A stretch of 64,000 bases of DNA from a virus (lineage: Duplodnaviria; Caudoviricetes), in the IMG/VR virus record IMGVR_UViG_3300021387_000147, one strand, 5' to 3'. The notes beneath the pieces are model-generated. The model worked only from the letters and a program-made list of their open reading frames with translations, was not told the DNA's origin and ran no database searches. The translations under genes were made by a program, and so were the position numbers. Positions 37,497 through 47,710 of this stretch are shown here, piece after piece (position 1 is the stretch's first letter; each line of letters starts with the position of its first letter).

Positions 37497-38399
37497 TTAA
37501 ATTTTTGGATGTTTAACACTGCTTGTAGAAGGTGTGTGAGCGTTTGCTTGTGACTTAGCTTTGTTAATTTCCTTCTGTGTTTCAGCATTTTCATCTTGAA
37601 TCATCTTATTGACAATTTCTTGTTCAATTTCTACTTCCATCCAAGGCCAATCATCAGTAATCTGTAAGTTTGCATACTTTGCAATACGTGTGATTAGTTC
37701 CAAGATTTCCTTAATAGAAGTATGAGTAAACATATTTTCATCAGCAACAATTAGTTTAACATCTGTGATTTCACCACATACAGGACATTTAATTTGTATT
37801 GTTTTGTGCATACCACATTTCATGTTATCAATTGTATACTTCAAATTCACAAAGTCCATACCTTGTAAATTCATAATAAATCTTGCTTTATCTTCTAATG
37901 AGTTATCTGTATCAATATACAAAGCTAAATCTAAAAATTCATCATTCTCAACTAATCGTGCATCATTCAAATCTTTAATAGTTGGTTGCTTTAATGGAAT
38001 TGTTATATTCAATCCATCTAAAAAACACATATCAGCTTTAGATTTAATGTAATCAGTTTTAAATGAATTCAATTTAACTTCTTGTTCAATAGAATTTTTA
38101 CATGTTGGACATTCAGGTATTTTTATTTGATAACCTGATGAACGAATAAATGTGTTAGTTCTTAACCAGAATAACAAATATTCTCTATCAGCTAACAATA
38201 TATCTTCAAATTTAAGATGCTTTAATTTCAAACATCTATTCAATAATTCATTTGTAATAGTAGTTGCATTTGACTTATTAAATGTTGCTAAATACTTTAC
38301 ATCTTGTACTGTCATAGTTCTAATACGTATTTCAGTATCAAGACTATAATATTGCCCTAATGAAGGCAAATCATTAAATTCAATTTTCCAATAATTCAT
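37497..38399 (-). CDS. baseplate hub assembly protein (gp26/gp51-like)
   Basis: LPSLG, IRTMTV, DREYLLFWLR, CPTC and CPVCG. Confidence 0.75.
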   Translation of the reverse strand: MNYWKIEFNDLPSLGQYYSLDTEIRIRTMTVQDVKYLATFNKSNATTITNELLNRCLKLKHLKFEDILLADREYLLFWLRTNTFIRSSGYQIKIPECPTCKNSIEQEVKLNSFKTDYIKSKADMCFLDGLNITIPLKQPTIKDLNDARLVENDEFLDLALYIDTDNSLEDKARFIMNLQGMDFVNLKYTIDNMKCGMHKTIQIKCPVCGEITDVKLIVADENMFTHTSIKEILELITRIAKYANLQITDDWPWMEVEIEQEIVNKMIQDENAETQKEINKAKSQANAHTPSTSSVKHPKI

Positions 38400-39043
38400 A
38401 TTTCACCTGATATACTAACCATGGGTTTAATTATGCCTTGTCCAGTCATAACACCACCTGAAGAAGTAGGACCACTAGCAATACCCATCCAAAATAAACC
38501 ATTAAATGCTTTAACTAAGAATTTGTCAAGAACATCATAAAAGATTGTTTTACCTTGAACTTGTTGTTCTGTATCAAAGTTTTGCATATATGCATAACAT
38601 TCTTGACCAGTCTTAGTGAAGTGTGCTAATACACTTCCTCTCTTAGACATAAACTTTACTTGAATTGGTGTTAATATATATGGACTAAATACTTCACCAA
38701 TTTTATGACCTAATGCTACTTGTAATGTTTGTTCTAATTTACTACCTAATAATGTGAACAAGTTAATAATTGTAGTAGTTCCAATACAACAACTTCTAAT
38801 ATCATTTGAAGTAAATGTTATTGGTGTTAACACAATACCAGCATTACCTATCATTGAATATGAAGTTGTACCTGGACCTACTACTTGACCATACCAATAG
38901 AAATCTAATTTAGTCAAAAAATTATATACGCCTAATGTAAATGCATTAGCCATATCACTATGCCATGTTACTTTCTCAGCTGTGGCGACTGCCAATGTAG
39001 GCTCCATATAAAATTTAATTAAATTTGGTGTTGTCTTCTGCAT
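38396..39043 (-). CDS. hypothetical (probably structural) protein
   Basis: 215 aa, coupled to flanking genes. Confidence 0.6.
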   Translation of the reverse strand: MQKTTPNLIKFYMEPTLAVATAEKVTWHSDMANAFTLGVYNFLTKLDFYWYGQVVGPGTTSYSMIGNAGIVLTPITFTSNDIRSCCIGTTTIINLFTLLGSKLEQTLQVALGHKIGEVFSPYILTPIQVKFMSKRGSVLAHFTKTGQECYAYMQNFDTEQQVQGKTIFYDVLDKFLVKAFNGLFWMGIASGPTSSGGVMTGQGIIKPMVSISGEI

Positions 39044-40089
39044 TAGAAATCACCCCAGAAATCATTTGACTGATTATGCATGACCATATAATCAACTGGA
39101 TATTCTTCAACTGGTCTATCATCTGAAGGTTTACATGTATCTAAGTCAATTTCAGGTTGCATTGTTGCATATACTGCCCAATACAATGCTGATACAGTAT
39201 CATCATGATTACCTTTCGCAGCCTTAAATACATTACCTACATCTTGCTCTTCAAAACGTGACAATTCCTTAATAGTATCTGAGTCATGAACCTCTAAGAA
39301 ATCATTATCCATCAATCTCTTCAATTCAAGACAAGCATCCAATTTAGAACGTTTTGTTGCTTTAGTTCCTAATGGTTTACCTGGTCCATCTGTAGAAATC
39401 AATTTATAATTCTCTAGATTATACCACAATTCTTCACAAACTTTCTTACCTGAGTCTTGGTTTTCAATAATATACCAAGCACCATTATATTTGTCTGACA
39501 AATACTTAATTTGTACAGCAAATGCTTCAGGACTTACTTCATTGTTTCTATAACAAGCTACTTCTTCCATCTTATTTCTTGATAAAACCTTAATAACTTG
39601 TATAGTTGAATAGTCACCTTGACAACCTGTACCAACGTCACATCCCATTACATACATTACACCAGGGATTGGATCTTCAAAAATCTTAATATCATAATTA
39701 TGTTCATATCTAATTGGTTCTTTTTCTCTCAACTTTTCCAATGTTTCAGCATTAATTAAGGTCTGTGAAGAACCTAAGAATGAACAGTTGTGATTAATCA
39801 ATCCGTTTGTAGTTTGATAATACTCACCATCTACATTCAATGGTGTATAAACTCTACCAATACCAAAATAATCTACAAATAAAACATGTGATTTACCAAA
39901 TTCTACATTATACAGAATATCACCTGGTTGTAAATCTCCAGCCACCATTTCAGGTTTTGTAATTCCTTTAAATATATGGTCTGGTGTACATTTAATTACG
40001 CAGTTATCACATTGAACTTCCAAAATAGGTGATAACTTACAAATAATTCTTTCAAAGTTTTTCCATTCTTCGCCACATTTTATTAACAT
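39043..40089 (-). CDS. terL: terminase large subunit C-terminal nuclease half with N-terminal split-intein C fragment
   Basis: intein TPDH and INHN|C; then SFLGSSQTLI, GCDVGTG..DYS, IIENQ, HDDTVSAL. Confidence 0.9.
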   Translation of the reverse strand: MLIKCGEEWKNFERIICKLSPILEVQCDNCVIKCTPDHIFKGITKPEMVAGDLQPGDILYNVEFGKSHVLFVDYFGIGRVYTPLNVDGEYYQTTNGLINHNCSFLGSSQTLINAETLEKLREKEPIRYEHNYDIKIFEDPIPGVMYVMGCDVGTGCQGDYSTIQVIKVLSRNKMEEVACYRNNEVSPEAFAVQIKYLSDKYNGAWYIIENQDSGKKVCEELWYNLENYKLISTDGPGKPLGTKATKRSKLDACLELKRLMDNDFLEVHDSDTIKELSRFEEQDVGNVFKAAKGNHDDTVSALYWAVYATMQPEIDLDTCKPSDDRPVEEYPVDYMVMHNQSNDFWGDF

Positions 40090-40116
40090 AGTTTACCTCT
40101 TTATGTAGTTTTTCTT

Positions 40117-40136
40117 TATTATTTATATAAATAATA
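40117..40136. promoter_or_regulatory. palindromic bidirectional T4-type late promoter
   Basis: TATTATTTATATAAATAATA is self-complementary and gives TATAAATA on both strands. Confidence 0.75.
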
Positions 40137-40196
40137 TAGACAATATGAAGAATATTGTCAATACTTAACTTTGTAAATTAACTAAATGAGGTAAAT

Positions 40197-41276
40197 ATGT
40201 GGCAAAAAACTGCTGAACTTAGAGGACACAATGAAGTCATCGAAATGACTCAAGATGAGATGCAAGAATATATTAAATGTGCAACTGATATATTTCATTT
40301 CTCTAAGTATTTCTATATTTTAACAGGTGAAGGTGAACGTCCAATCGAATTAAGAGAATATCAAGTTAGATTGGTAAAAATGTTGACAGGTAAGTACTAT
40401 TTCAAAAATGAAGATGGTACTGATGTAGTTAATGCTAATGGTGAAAAGTCTGAACGTAATAACCGTATCATTATGATGGGACGTCAGACAGGTAAAACAA
40501 CCTTAGCTACCCTTTATATTTTGTGGTATGCTCTATTCAATAAAGACAAAACAATTGCTGTTCTAGCAAACAAGGAATCACAAGCATTGGAAATTATGCT
40601 TCGTATTCGTTCTGCTATATTGAAACTTCCTCTATGGCTACAACAAGGTATCAATCCTGATAGAGGTGGTTGGTCAAAAGGTACAATAGGATTTGATAAT
40701 GGTAGTAAGATATTCGCTGCTGCATCTTCATCATCTTCTATTCGTGGTAAATCTGTTGACTTCATGCTTGTGGACGAATTTGCATTCTTACCTGAAAATG
40801 ATGCTAATGACTTCATGATGTCTGTTTTCCCTACTCAGTCTTCTCGTAAAGAATCAAGACTAATTCTAATCTCAACTCCTCATGGTATGAACCACTTCTA
40901 TAAGATTTGGCAGAAAGCTATTGCAGGTCTAAATACTTTCGTTCCAGCAAAAGTACAATGGAATGAAGTAGAAGGAAGAGATGAAGATTGGAAAAATAGA
41001 ATGATACGTGACGTTGGTCCTCAATTCTTCGCTCAAGAATATGCTTGTCTATATGGTGATGAAAAGGTGACAATTAAAGTTGATGTTCCTGATGGTGGAC
41101 TATCTTATGAATATACAGATAAGATTGAAAACATCTATAAGATGTGGCCAACATTTAGAAACAAATGGGTTAATAAGCTTACAAATAGAGAATATGATTT
41201 TGAAGCTCTAGATGCTGTTATGGAAGCGATAGACAAGGTTAGACGGACAGATTGCAGACCGCCTGATTATGAATAA
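40197..41276 (+). CDS. terL: terminase large subunit N-terminal ATPase half with C-terminal split-intein N fragment
   Basis: LREYQ, GRQTGKTT, LVDEFAF, ISTPHG, FAQEYA|CLYGDEKV. Confidence 0.92.
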   Translation: MWQKTAELRGHNEVIEMTQDEMQEYIKCATDIFHFSKYFYILTGEGERPIELREYQVRLVKMLTGKYYFKNEDGTDVVNANGEKSERNNRIIMMGRQTGKTTLATLYILWYALFNKDKTIAVLANKESQALEIMLRIRSAILKLPLWLQQGINPDRGGWSKGTIGFDNGSKIFAAASSSSSIRGKSVDFMLVDEFAFLPENDANDFMMSVFPTQSSRKESRLILISTPHGMNHFYKIWQKAIAGLNTFVPAKVQWNEVEGRDEDWKNRMIRDVGPQFFAQEYACLYGDEKVTIKVDVPDGGLSYEYTDKIENIYKMWPTFRNKWVNKLTNREYDFEALDAVMEAIDKVRRTDCRPPDYE

Positions 41277-41278
41277 TT

Positions 41279-41305
41279 AAAAAAGAGAGTCTTACGACTC
41301 TCTTT
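41279..41305. terminator. bidirectional terminator
   Basis: AAAAGAGAGTC-TTAC-GACTCTCTTTT. Confidence 0.75.
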
Positions 41306-41309
41306 TATT

Positions 41310-44300
41310 TTATACTTCACACCATGGTTTGATTTGCTTATTAGTTGAGAAGCATTTATAACTTATAGCTTCATTAACTAAGATTGCATCTTCTTCAATA
41401 CCAGCGTTCATACCTTGACTTAATTCTGGCATATTGCCTGTACATATCAATGATGAACTATTATATAAGAAATTTAAATCTCTTCTAATATGTATTTTTG
41501 ATAGTTGACCTCTTTGTCCACCGCCAGTAGCTGTATAATAGAAGATTTCTATACTATTAGCAGATTTACCCATATATCTATTAGCTTTACTTGCTGCAGT
41601 ATAATATGGATAAAGTTTTAATGCCATATAAACATTAGAATAGTTAGATTGTAAATTGTATTTAATTTTATTGAATGTTTCAAATACAATAGTAATCTTC
41701 TTAGAATTTTGATTATCAAAGAATGCTTTATTAACTTCTGTAATTTGAGCTTCAGTAAACCATTTTTGATTATAATTAAAATCACATTCTTGATAATTAT
41801 TTTTATCAACTGTATTAGCGTATGGAACAACGAATATATCATCAAAACGTTGTTTTGGAGTCATATTATTCCAACGCTTATTCAAATCATTAGAAGAAGT
41901 TTCCCATTCATCAATATAGAAATAACCATCAGTATTTGCATTTACAGGTTCTTGGAACTTAACATAGATGATAGTTTCTGATTCTTTCTTCAAATCATCA
42001 GCATATAATTCACCAATAATCTTATCATTACCATCTCTAAATTGCATACCAGTTGGGTCAATAGTAACTGACATACCGTATGCATTTGAACGAGCGCCAT
42101 TGTTTCTATCATAACCATCATCACAGTTACGTAGAATCATCTTACCTTGGTGTGCATAGAATTCAAGAGCATTATCTAACTTAGATGAAGCACGAACATT
42201 CTGGATAGTTCCCTTCATAGTTTCAATTGTCTTTAATTCAGATACACTATATTCTTTTTCATTCTGAATATAAGAATCACCATCAAAGTGACCACAACCG
42301 TAAATCAAATCAGCTGCGCAATCACGGTTATATTTACCCATAATAACCTGGTGAGCCTTACCAGAAGCCTTAGAATATTCAGCACCAATGAATGTGACGT
42401 TTTCACCACCAATTAACTTGTTATGGTGGCCACCTAAGATTACTGAGTTATTAGGTTTGATAGAGTCTTCCATTACAGACTTATTTTGATTCTTGAATGC
42501 CTGATATGGTGAATATGTGACACCTGCTGTATAGTGTTCAGAAGGTACATATTCTGACAAGTTCAATTCAGAACCGTAAGTATTGATAAATTGAGTTCTC
42601 AATCTCAACATATCTGCTGGACGACCATGTGTAGAAATAGATTCTGCACCTTCACGGAATGAAGTACCAGATAGACCTGAACCACCAGAATATTCACCAG
42701 CTAGAACTGAGTCAAGAATACCTGTATTATGTTCAGAGATTGCCCAAGAAGTACCATTCAATCCTAATTCTTCATCAGAATAATCAGAGTGACCATCTAC
42801 CTTAGAATAGATAGAGTTTAATAGTCTTACTTCTCTTGCATTATATAACTTAGAACCATCTGAACCAATAATTGAAGAACCCTTAACACGTACTGGACCT
42901 GGGTCTACAACACTATCATTAGAACGTAAACCGTATGTATCAACAATCAAGTTATCAGAACAACCAAATAGAGTTGCATAAGATGCATTCATGATATAGT
43001 TATTGTTAGACTGATTATCAGATGCTAGAGGTCTTTCAACACCAGAAATCTGAGTTGAACCATTTGGATATAGACCGAAGAAGCGTGCACCAATTGCAAC
43101 GTTATTCTGTGCTGAATAACCTGAGAACTTGAATGCATTATAAACTCTGTTATTTGAGGTTGCTTGCATCCAAACGTATGTTGAACTATCCATCAAATCT
43201 CTATATGCTGCACGAGCAGAGATATTATTTGTAAAGTTCATTACGTTATATCTAGAGTCCCATGTGACTTTTGCCTGATTGGTATTGACTAAGAAGTTTT
43301 CAGAACAGTTTTGGTCAATTACGTTTTCATTTGCACGAATCAACATATTCTGCATGGTATTTCCACTCAATGCATTATCTCTTGCATTGAATAGAATATT
43401 CTGTTTAGCATTACCAAATGCAGAGTTTGTATATGCACAAATAAATGTATTATCAGATGCATTATCACCGATATGGTTAGAGAAACCATTAATCATTGTC
43501 AATGCATCTACTGCTGACAAATTGTTTCTCTTAGAATTCAAGATAAATGCATTATGAAGACCATTTGTCAATAGGTTTTCATCAGAATTTATCAATGTAT
43601 TATTTGCAACACCATAACTTGCTCTGTTTCTATTAGAGTCAATAAACATGTTATTGTTCATTGAAGCACCTTCTACGAAGGAGTTTCCATGAGACTTAAA
43701 TAATACGTTTGGTTCACCATAATTTGGCTGAGTAGCACTATTATCGAATGAGAATAGGTATCTATCCTTTGTATATTGGTTTTTGAAGTTATCTCTACCA
43801 AATATATCGACTGCTACGAAATCATTTTCTGGTAAGTGACCTAGAATAAATGTAGGTGACTCTGGTGATGCATCCTTTCCTAATAGAGAATATGGAGATA
43901 CACCAATACCATTTAACTGCATACCTGCACAGTATGCTTCAATATCTTCTTTCAAAGATGATGTTGCTTTGACAGTAGTCAACAGATATTGAGGAATATA
44001 TTTTCCACCATCTTCTGGATATTTGTTAATACCATGGAATAGAGCTGCAGCGTTAAATTGGTTTTCTGCATCATCAGCATCAATACAGTCAGCAGCCACA
44101 ATTGACTTATCAATTGCGATTGAACCATCTTGGTCTAATTGTAATTCATCTAATACAGGTTTATCATAACCAATAGCTACACCACCTCTAATAGTCTTTA
44201 GACCATTATTGATTAAGTATAACTTCTGAGCAGTTCCAGAAACAGCAGATGGAATATCAAATGACCATTCTCCTTCATTTATTTGTTTTGGAGAAATATC

Positions 44301-45059
44301 TTCTTCATCTTTATCTTCTCTGACAGTAAATCTTAATTGTGTTTGGAAAGATACATATTTATTCTGGTTAGCTAAAATCTGAACACCACCATCATAAATA
44401 CCAGTTGATTTTTCAACCTTACCATCAAACTGTGCGAAAGCAACAATAGAAGCTTTTTGAACTTCATTTACATTAAAAGTTGCATCATCAGTTTCAGCAT
44501 ATTGCTTACCAATTAGAGCAATATGAGAGAAAGCCAAATCCTTTGTTATATTACATGACAAATAAGTTCTATCAAAGTTGAATCTATATAGACCATAAGG
44601 AACTGTACTACCATCTTCTTGTTTCTTCAACATGAATTCATTTGTTGGAACATAATACATTCCAAACAAATTTTCTGAGTAGTTTTCTAATGCTTCTGTA
44701 TATTGGTCTTCATTTATAGGTGAAACTGAATTAGGACTCTTAATCTTATATGATACGTTCTTTAAAACGAAAGAAATGTTATTTTGTAGGAGTGTTTTAT
44801 CTTGTAAAACATCCATAATAGATAATTTCTTATCTTTAGCTATACTGTCAATATAATGAACATATCCTGAAAATCCTTTAAATGTTTTCTTATTGACAAC
44901 GAATTCTTCATCGTCAGCAATAAAAGGTAAACCTTGGACGAACATATATCCAAGTATAGCAAATTTAATACCACCTTCTTGTGATATTAAAAGATGTCTA
45001 CCTTCATTTGTGAATACGAATTCACTTTTAACAATTTTGTATTTATCTGTATCTGCCAT
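41310..45059 (-). CDS. large tail-fibre/baseplate-associated protein
   Basis: 1249 aa; N-terminal FTNEGRHLL; central Asn-rich ~11-residue beta-helix-like repeats. Confidence 0.55.
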   Translation of the reverse strand: MADTDKYKIVKSEFVFTNEGRHLLISQEGGIKFAILGYMFVQGLPFIADDEEFVVNKKTFKGFSGYVHYIDSIAKDKKLSIMDVLQDKTLLQNNISFVLKNVSYKIKSPNSVSPINEDQYTEALENYSENLFGMYYVPTNEFMLKKQEDGSTVPYGLYRFNFDRTYLSCNITKDLAFSHIALIGKQYAETDDATFNVNEVQKASIVAFAQFDGKVEKSTGIYDGGVQILANQNKYVSFQTQLRFTVREDKDEEDISPKQINEGEWSFDIPSAVSGTAQKLYLINNGLKTIRGGVAIGYDKPVLDELQLDQDGSIAIDKSIVAADCIDADDAENQFNAAALFHGINKYPEDGGKYIPQYLLTTVKATSSLKEDIEAYCAGMQLNGIGVSPYSLLGKDASPESPTFILGHLPENDFVAVDIFGRDNFKNQYTKDRYLFSFDNSATQPNYGEPNVLFKSHGNSFVEGASMNNNMFIDSNRNRASYGVANNTLINSDENLLTNGLHNAFILNSKRNNLSAVDALTMINGFSNHIGDNASDNTFICAYTNSAFGNAKQNILFNARDNALSGNTMQNMLIRANENVIDQNCSENFLVNTNQAKVTWDSRYNVMNFTNNISARAAYRDLMDSSTYVWMQATSNNRVYNAFKFSGYSAQNNVAIGARFFGLYPNGSTQISGVERPLASDNQSNNNYIMNASYATLFGCSDNLIVDTYGLRSNDSVVDPGPVRVKGSSIIGSDGSKLYNAREVRLLNSIYSKVDGHSDYSDEELGLNGTSWAISEHNTGILDSVLAGEYSGGSGLSGTSFREGAESISTHGRPADMLRLRTQFINTYGSELNLSEYVPSEHYTAGVTYSPYQAFKNQNKSVMEDSIKPNNSVILGGHHNKLIGGENVTFIGAEYSKASGKAHQVIMGKYNRDCAADLIYGCGHFDGDSYIQNEKEYSVSELKTIETMKGTIQNVRASSKLDNALEFYAHQGKMILRNCDDGYDRNNGARSNAYGMSVTIDPTGMQFRDGNDKIIGELYADDLKKESETIIYVKFQEPVNANTDGYFYIDEWETSSNDLNKRWNNMTPKQRFDDIFVVPYANTVDKNNYQECDFNYNQKWFTEAQITEVNKAFFDNQNSKKITIVFETFNKIKYNLQSNYSNVYMALKLYPYYTAASKANRYMGKSANSIEIFYYTATGGGQRGQLSKIHIRRDLNFLYNSSSLICTGNMPELSQGMNAGIEEDAILVNEAISYKCFSTNKQIKPWCEV

Positions 45060-45094
45060 ATAATTCCTCTAATTTATTTATACAGATTAAAAAC

Positions 45095-45946
45095 TTACCA
45101 ACCATTAAATGGATCTATATCTGTTCTTTGATTAACTGGTACTTTTGGAACATATTGAACATGAGAATTCACATTATCCATTGGTTTTCCACTTGGTGTT
45201 CCATCAACTGTATCTTGTTCAATAGTTTTGTTTATTGACAACATATCAGATGATGCATCAACTACACTAGTCTTATCGTGAGTTTCTGTCTTTGTATCTA
45301 AATTAAATGTTTCACCTAATTCTGCATAACTTCTGAAGTCATCCATATTATCTGTATTTACATTATCTGCATCTACAAATTCATGATTATTTCTCCAGAC
45401 TCTTAATGAGAATTGATATGTTATTGGTGCACCTAAAAAGGTACTACCTTCCGCAAATTTCTTCACATTTATTACTTCATAATATATTCCATTATAATAC
45501 ATGTATATTATATCACCAATTTTTGGAATATATGATGGATATTTTGCTGATTTATCATCATAGTCAATCTGTGATGCTTCATCAAAATGTGCAATACTAC
45601 ACATACATGTTATGATTTCTGTATAAACCATGCCTTGCAATTCATATTGTTTTTGCATACTTGGCATACTTTCTGCATACATGTTTAATTCAAATCTTCT
45701 AACTACATTTTCTAATGGGTCTTCTCCCATTATAGGGTCTCTCTTTAAGTTCATTTCTTTAATAAAGTATTGAACTTTGAAACCATAAGTATTATAAGCT
45801 TCAGCAGTTAAACTATTTAATAGTGCAACTTCACTACCATAACAATCTGAGGTACTATCAAAGTATCTCTCTTTAGTCCAGTCAGTGTTTTCTACACTAC
45901 ATGCACCACCAAATATCTTTGCCATTTCTGAAGCGTAATCTGTCAT
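45095..45946 (-). CDS. neck protein (T4 gp14-like)
   Basis: EAYNTYG..VQYF..DPIMGED, PKIGDIIY..YYEVINV. Confidence 0.75.
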   Translation of the reverse strand: MTDYASEMAKIFGGACSVENTDWTKERYFDSTSDCYGSEVALLNSLTAEAYNTYGFKVQYFIKEMNLKRDPIMGEDPLENVVRRFELNMYAESMPSMQKQYELQGMVYTEIITCMCSIAHFDEASQIDYDDKSAKYPSYIPKIGDIIYMYYNGIYYEVINVKKFAEGSTFLGAPITYQFSLRVWRNNHEFVDADNVNTDNMDDFRSYAELGETFNLDTKTETHDKTSVVDASSDMLSINKTIEQDTVDGTPSGKPMDNVNSHVQYVPKVPVNQRTDIDPFNGW

Positions 45947-45976
45947 ATTATATTTATCTGATTAAAAAAGAGCCGC

Positions 45977-46474
45977 TTAACGACTCTTTTGAACTATCTC
46001 TAATATCTTCATTTTTGCATCTTCAGGAGATTTATAATGAACGAATATTCCTTTTTTCTTTTCCCATGCAGCTCCATTCTTACCAAAGTCATCTATCAAA
46101 ATTGAGTCTTTATTTGCATAGATTTCTTTACCAGTACCACGATTATTTGTCACTCCAAATGGAACTATAATGGTATGATGCAAATCTATATTAGTATGTT
46201 TCTTCAACCAATTTATCTTACCAATCTTACCATCTTTATAAGCAACTGCTGATAGAATATACAACTCTATATCTTCTTCCTTACAAAATCTATCTAACCA
46301 TTTATAAAATGATTCACCAGAAGCTGTCCATGGACAGTCTTCCCAGAATTCTGGTCCTGCTTCATGGATGATAGGCCAATTGACCTTAGTTCCTTCGATA
46401 CATTTGTATTCTTCACATTGCTTTCTAAAGTCAACAATTACTCCATCCATGTCAAGATATATAGTTGTTATCAT
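45977..46474 (-). CDS. HAD-family 5'(3')-deoxyribonucleotidase
   Basis: YLDMDGVIVDF, ILS, K..WL, ILIDD. Confidence 0.85.
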   Translation of the reverse strand: MITTIYLDMDGVIVDFRKQCEEYKCIEGTKVNWPIIHEAGPEFWEDCPWTASGESFYKWLDRFCKEEDIELYILSAVAYKDGKIGKINWLKKHTNIDLHHTIIVPFGVTNNRGTGKEIYANKDSILIDDFGKNGAAWEKKKGIFVHYKSPEDAKMKILEIVQKSR

Positions 46475-46487
46475 AATTCCTCCATTA

Positions 46488-47168
46488 TTATTTATATTGG
46501 TCGAAATTAGACTTAATTAAACCACCAGGATGTTCATCTGTTGAATTTGTTAATGCTTGTATTTGTTCAACTGTTAATGTATGTAATTCCATTACATTGG
46601 CTTTCAAAGCCAATTCATGTCTTAACATTTCACATATTGCGTATGCATCAATCAAGTCACTTGTTGGTGCATTACCTTTCTTATCGTCAACTACAACTGG
46701 TAAATCACTTATATCAAACTTAACACCTTTATATGCTTTATATGTTTGATATGGGCGAATTTTTCCGGCATTACCTTTACCAGTAAAAAACTTCTTATGT
46801 GTTCCAGGAGGATAAAATCTTAATTTCTTTCCTTCTCTAAATAAACTCATTTTGATATTTCCTTCAAATTCTGCTAATGAAAATATCAAACCTTGTGCAC
46901 CAGATTTACCCATAGCATATTCTTCAACTGCTACTACATCACAATCTTTACACCATTTCAAAATATAATCACAAAAGAATTGGTATCTTTGATATGTGCA
47001 ACTATAATCTTTTACATTATAGTAAATCATATCAGGACTCAATTTCTGTTGTTTTAATGTGGTGACAAATCCATGACGTTCTATATTAACTACATTGAAT
47101 TTGTCATCCAATTCCATAATAACAATTCCAGAGCTGGAAATTGATAAATCTAAACCTGCAATTTTCAT
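46488..47168 (-). CDS. RuvC-like Holliday junction resolvase
   Basis: AGLDLSISSSG, VAVEEY, LAEF, KKFFTGKGNAGK, DLIDAYAI. Confidence 0.8.
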   Translation of the reverse strand: MKIAGLDLSISSSGIVIMELDDKFNVVNIERHGFVTTLKQQKLSPDMIYYNVKDYSCTYQRYQFFCDYILKWCKDCDVVAVEEYAMGKSGAQGLIFSLAEFEGNIKMSLFREGKKLRFYPPGTHKKFFTGKGNAGKIRPYQTYKAYKGVKFDISDLPVVVDDKKGNAPTSDLIDAYAICEMLRHELALKANVMELHTLTVEQIQALTNSTDEHPGGLIKSNFDQYK

Positions 47169-47197
47169 ATCACCTCACTATATACAAATATACAAAA

Positions 47198-47518
47198 TTA
47201 AATGTTAATTATTTCAACGAATTTCTTAATTTTCTTCAACATTTCTTTAAATTTTTCTATAAGTTGTTGATTTTCTAAGATAGCCGTAGTAAATTCATCA
47301 AATGTTTTTACTCTTGTATCACTTTCTGAAATAAGCTTAATACTTGCTACATGTTCACTAATTGAATTATCAACATATAATTCTTCAACTACTAAGAATA
47401 ATGTCAATCCTTTTGGACCTTGACGGAAACTCATTCTTCCTAGTTTATATCCATCATAAATTAAATCTGCACCTTTTTGGAATGTATTATATGATTTAAA
47501 ACTACCTGGTTTTATCAT
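47198..47518 (-). CDS. hypothetical protein
   Basis: 106-aa ORF. Confidence 0.55.
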   Translation of the reverse strand: MIKPGSFKSYNTFQKGADLIYDGYKLGRMSFRQGPKGLTLFLVVEELYVDNSISEHVASIKLISESDTRVKTFDEFTTAILENQQLIEKFKEMLKKIKKFVEIINI

Positions 47519-47710
47519 GTGTCCACCGTAGTCTAATTCAATATTATTCTGAGCGCAGAATTCTTTTAACTGTTTTGATTAAATCTAATTCTTGTTTTGT
47601 ATGTGCTTGTTCATTTATATACATAAAAATCTCCTTATATTATTTATGCATAAGAAAAACCGTTAACTATGAGTTAACGGTTAAAATAATATGTAAAGAG
47701 ATGAATTATA

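Noticed and set aside
39043-41276. Terminase pseudogene or frameshift
   Set aside because: Both halves keep catalytic motifs and end or begin exactly at intein splice motifs.
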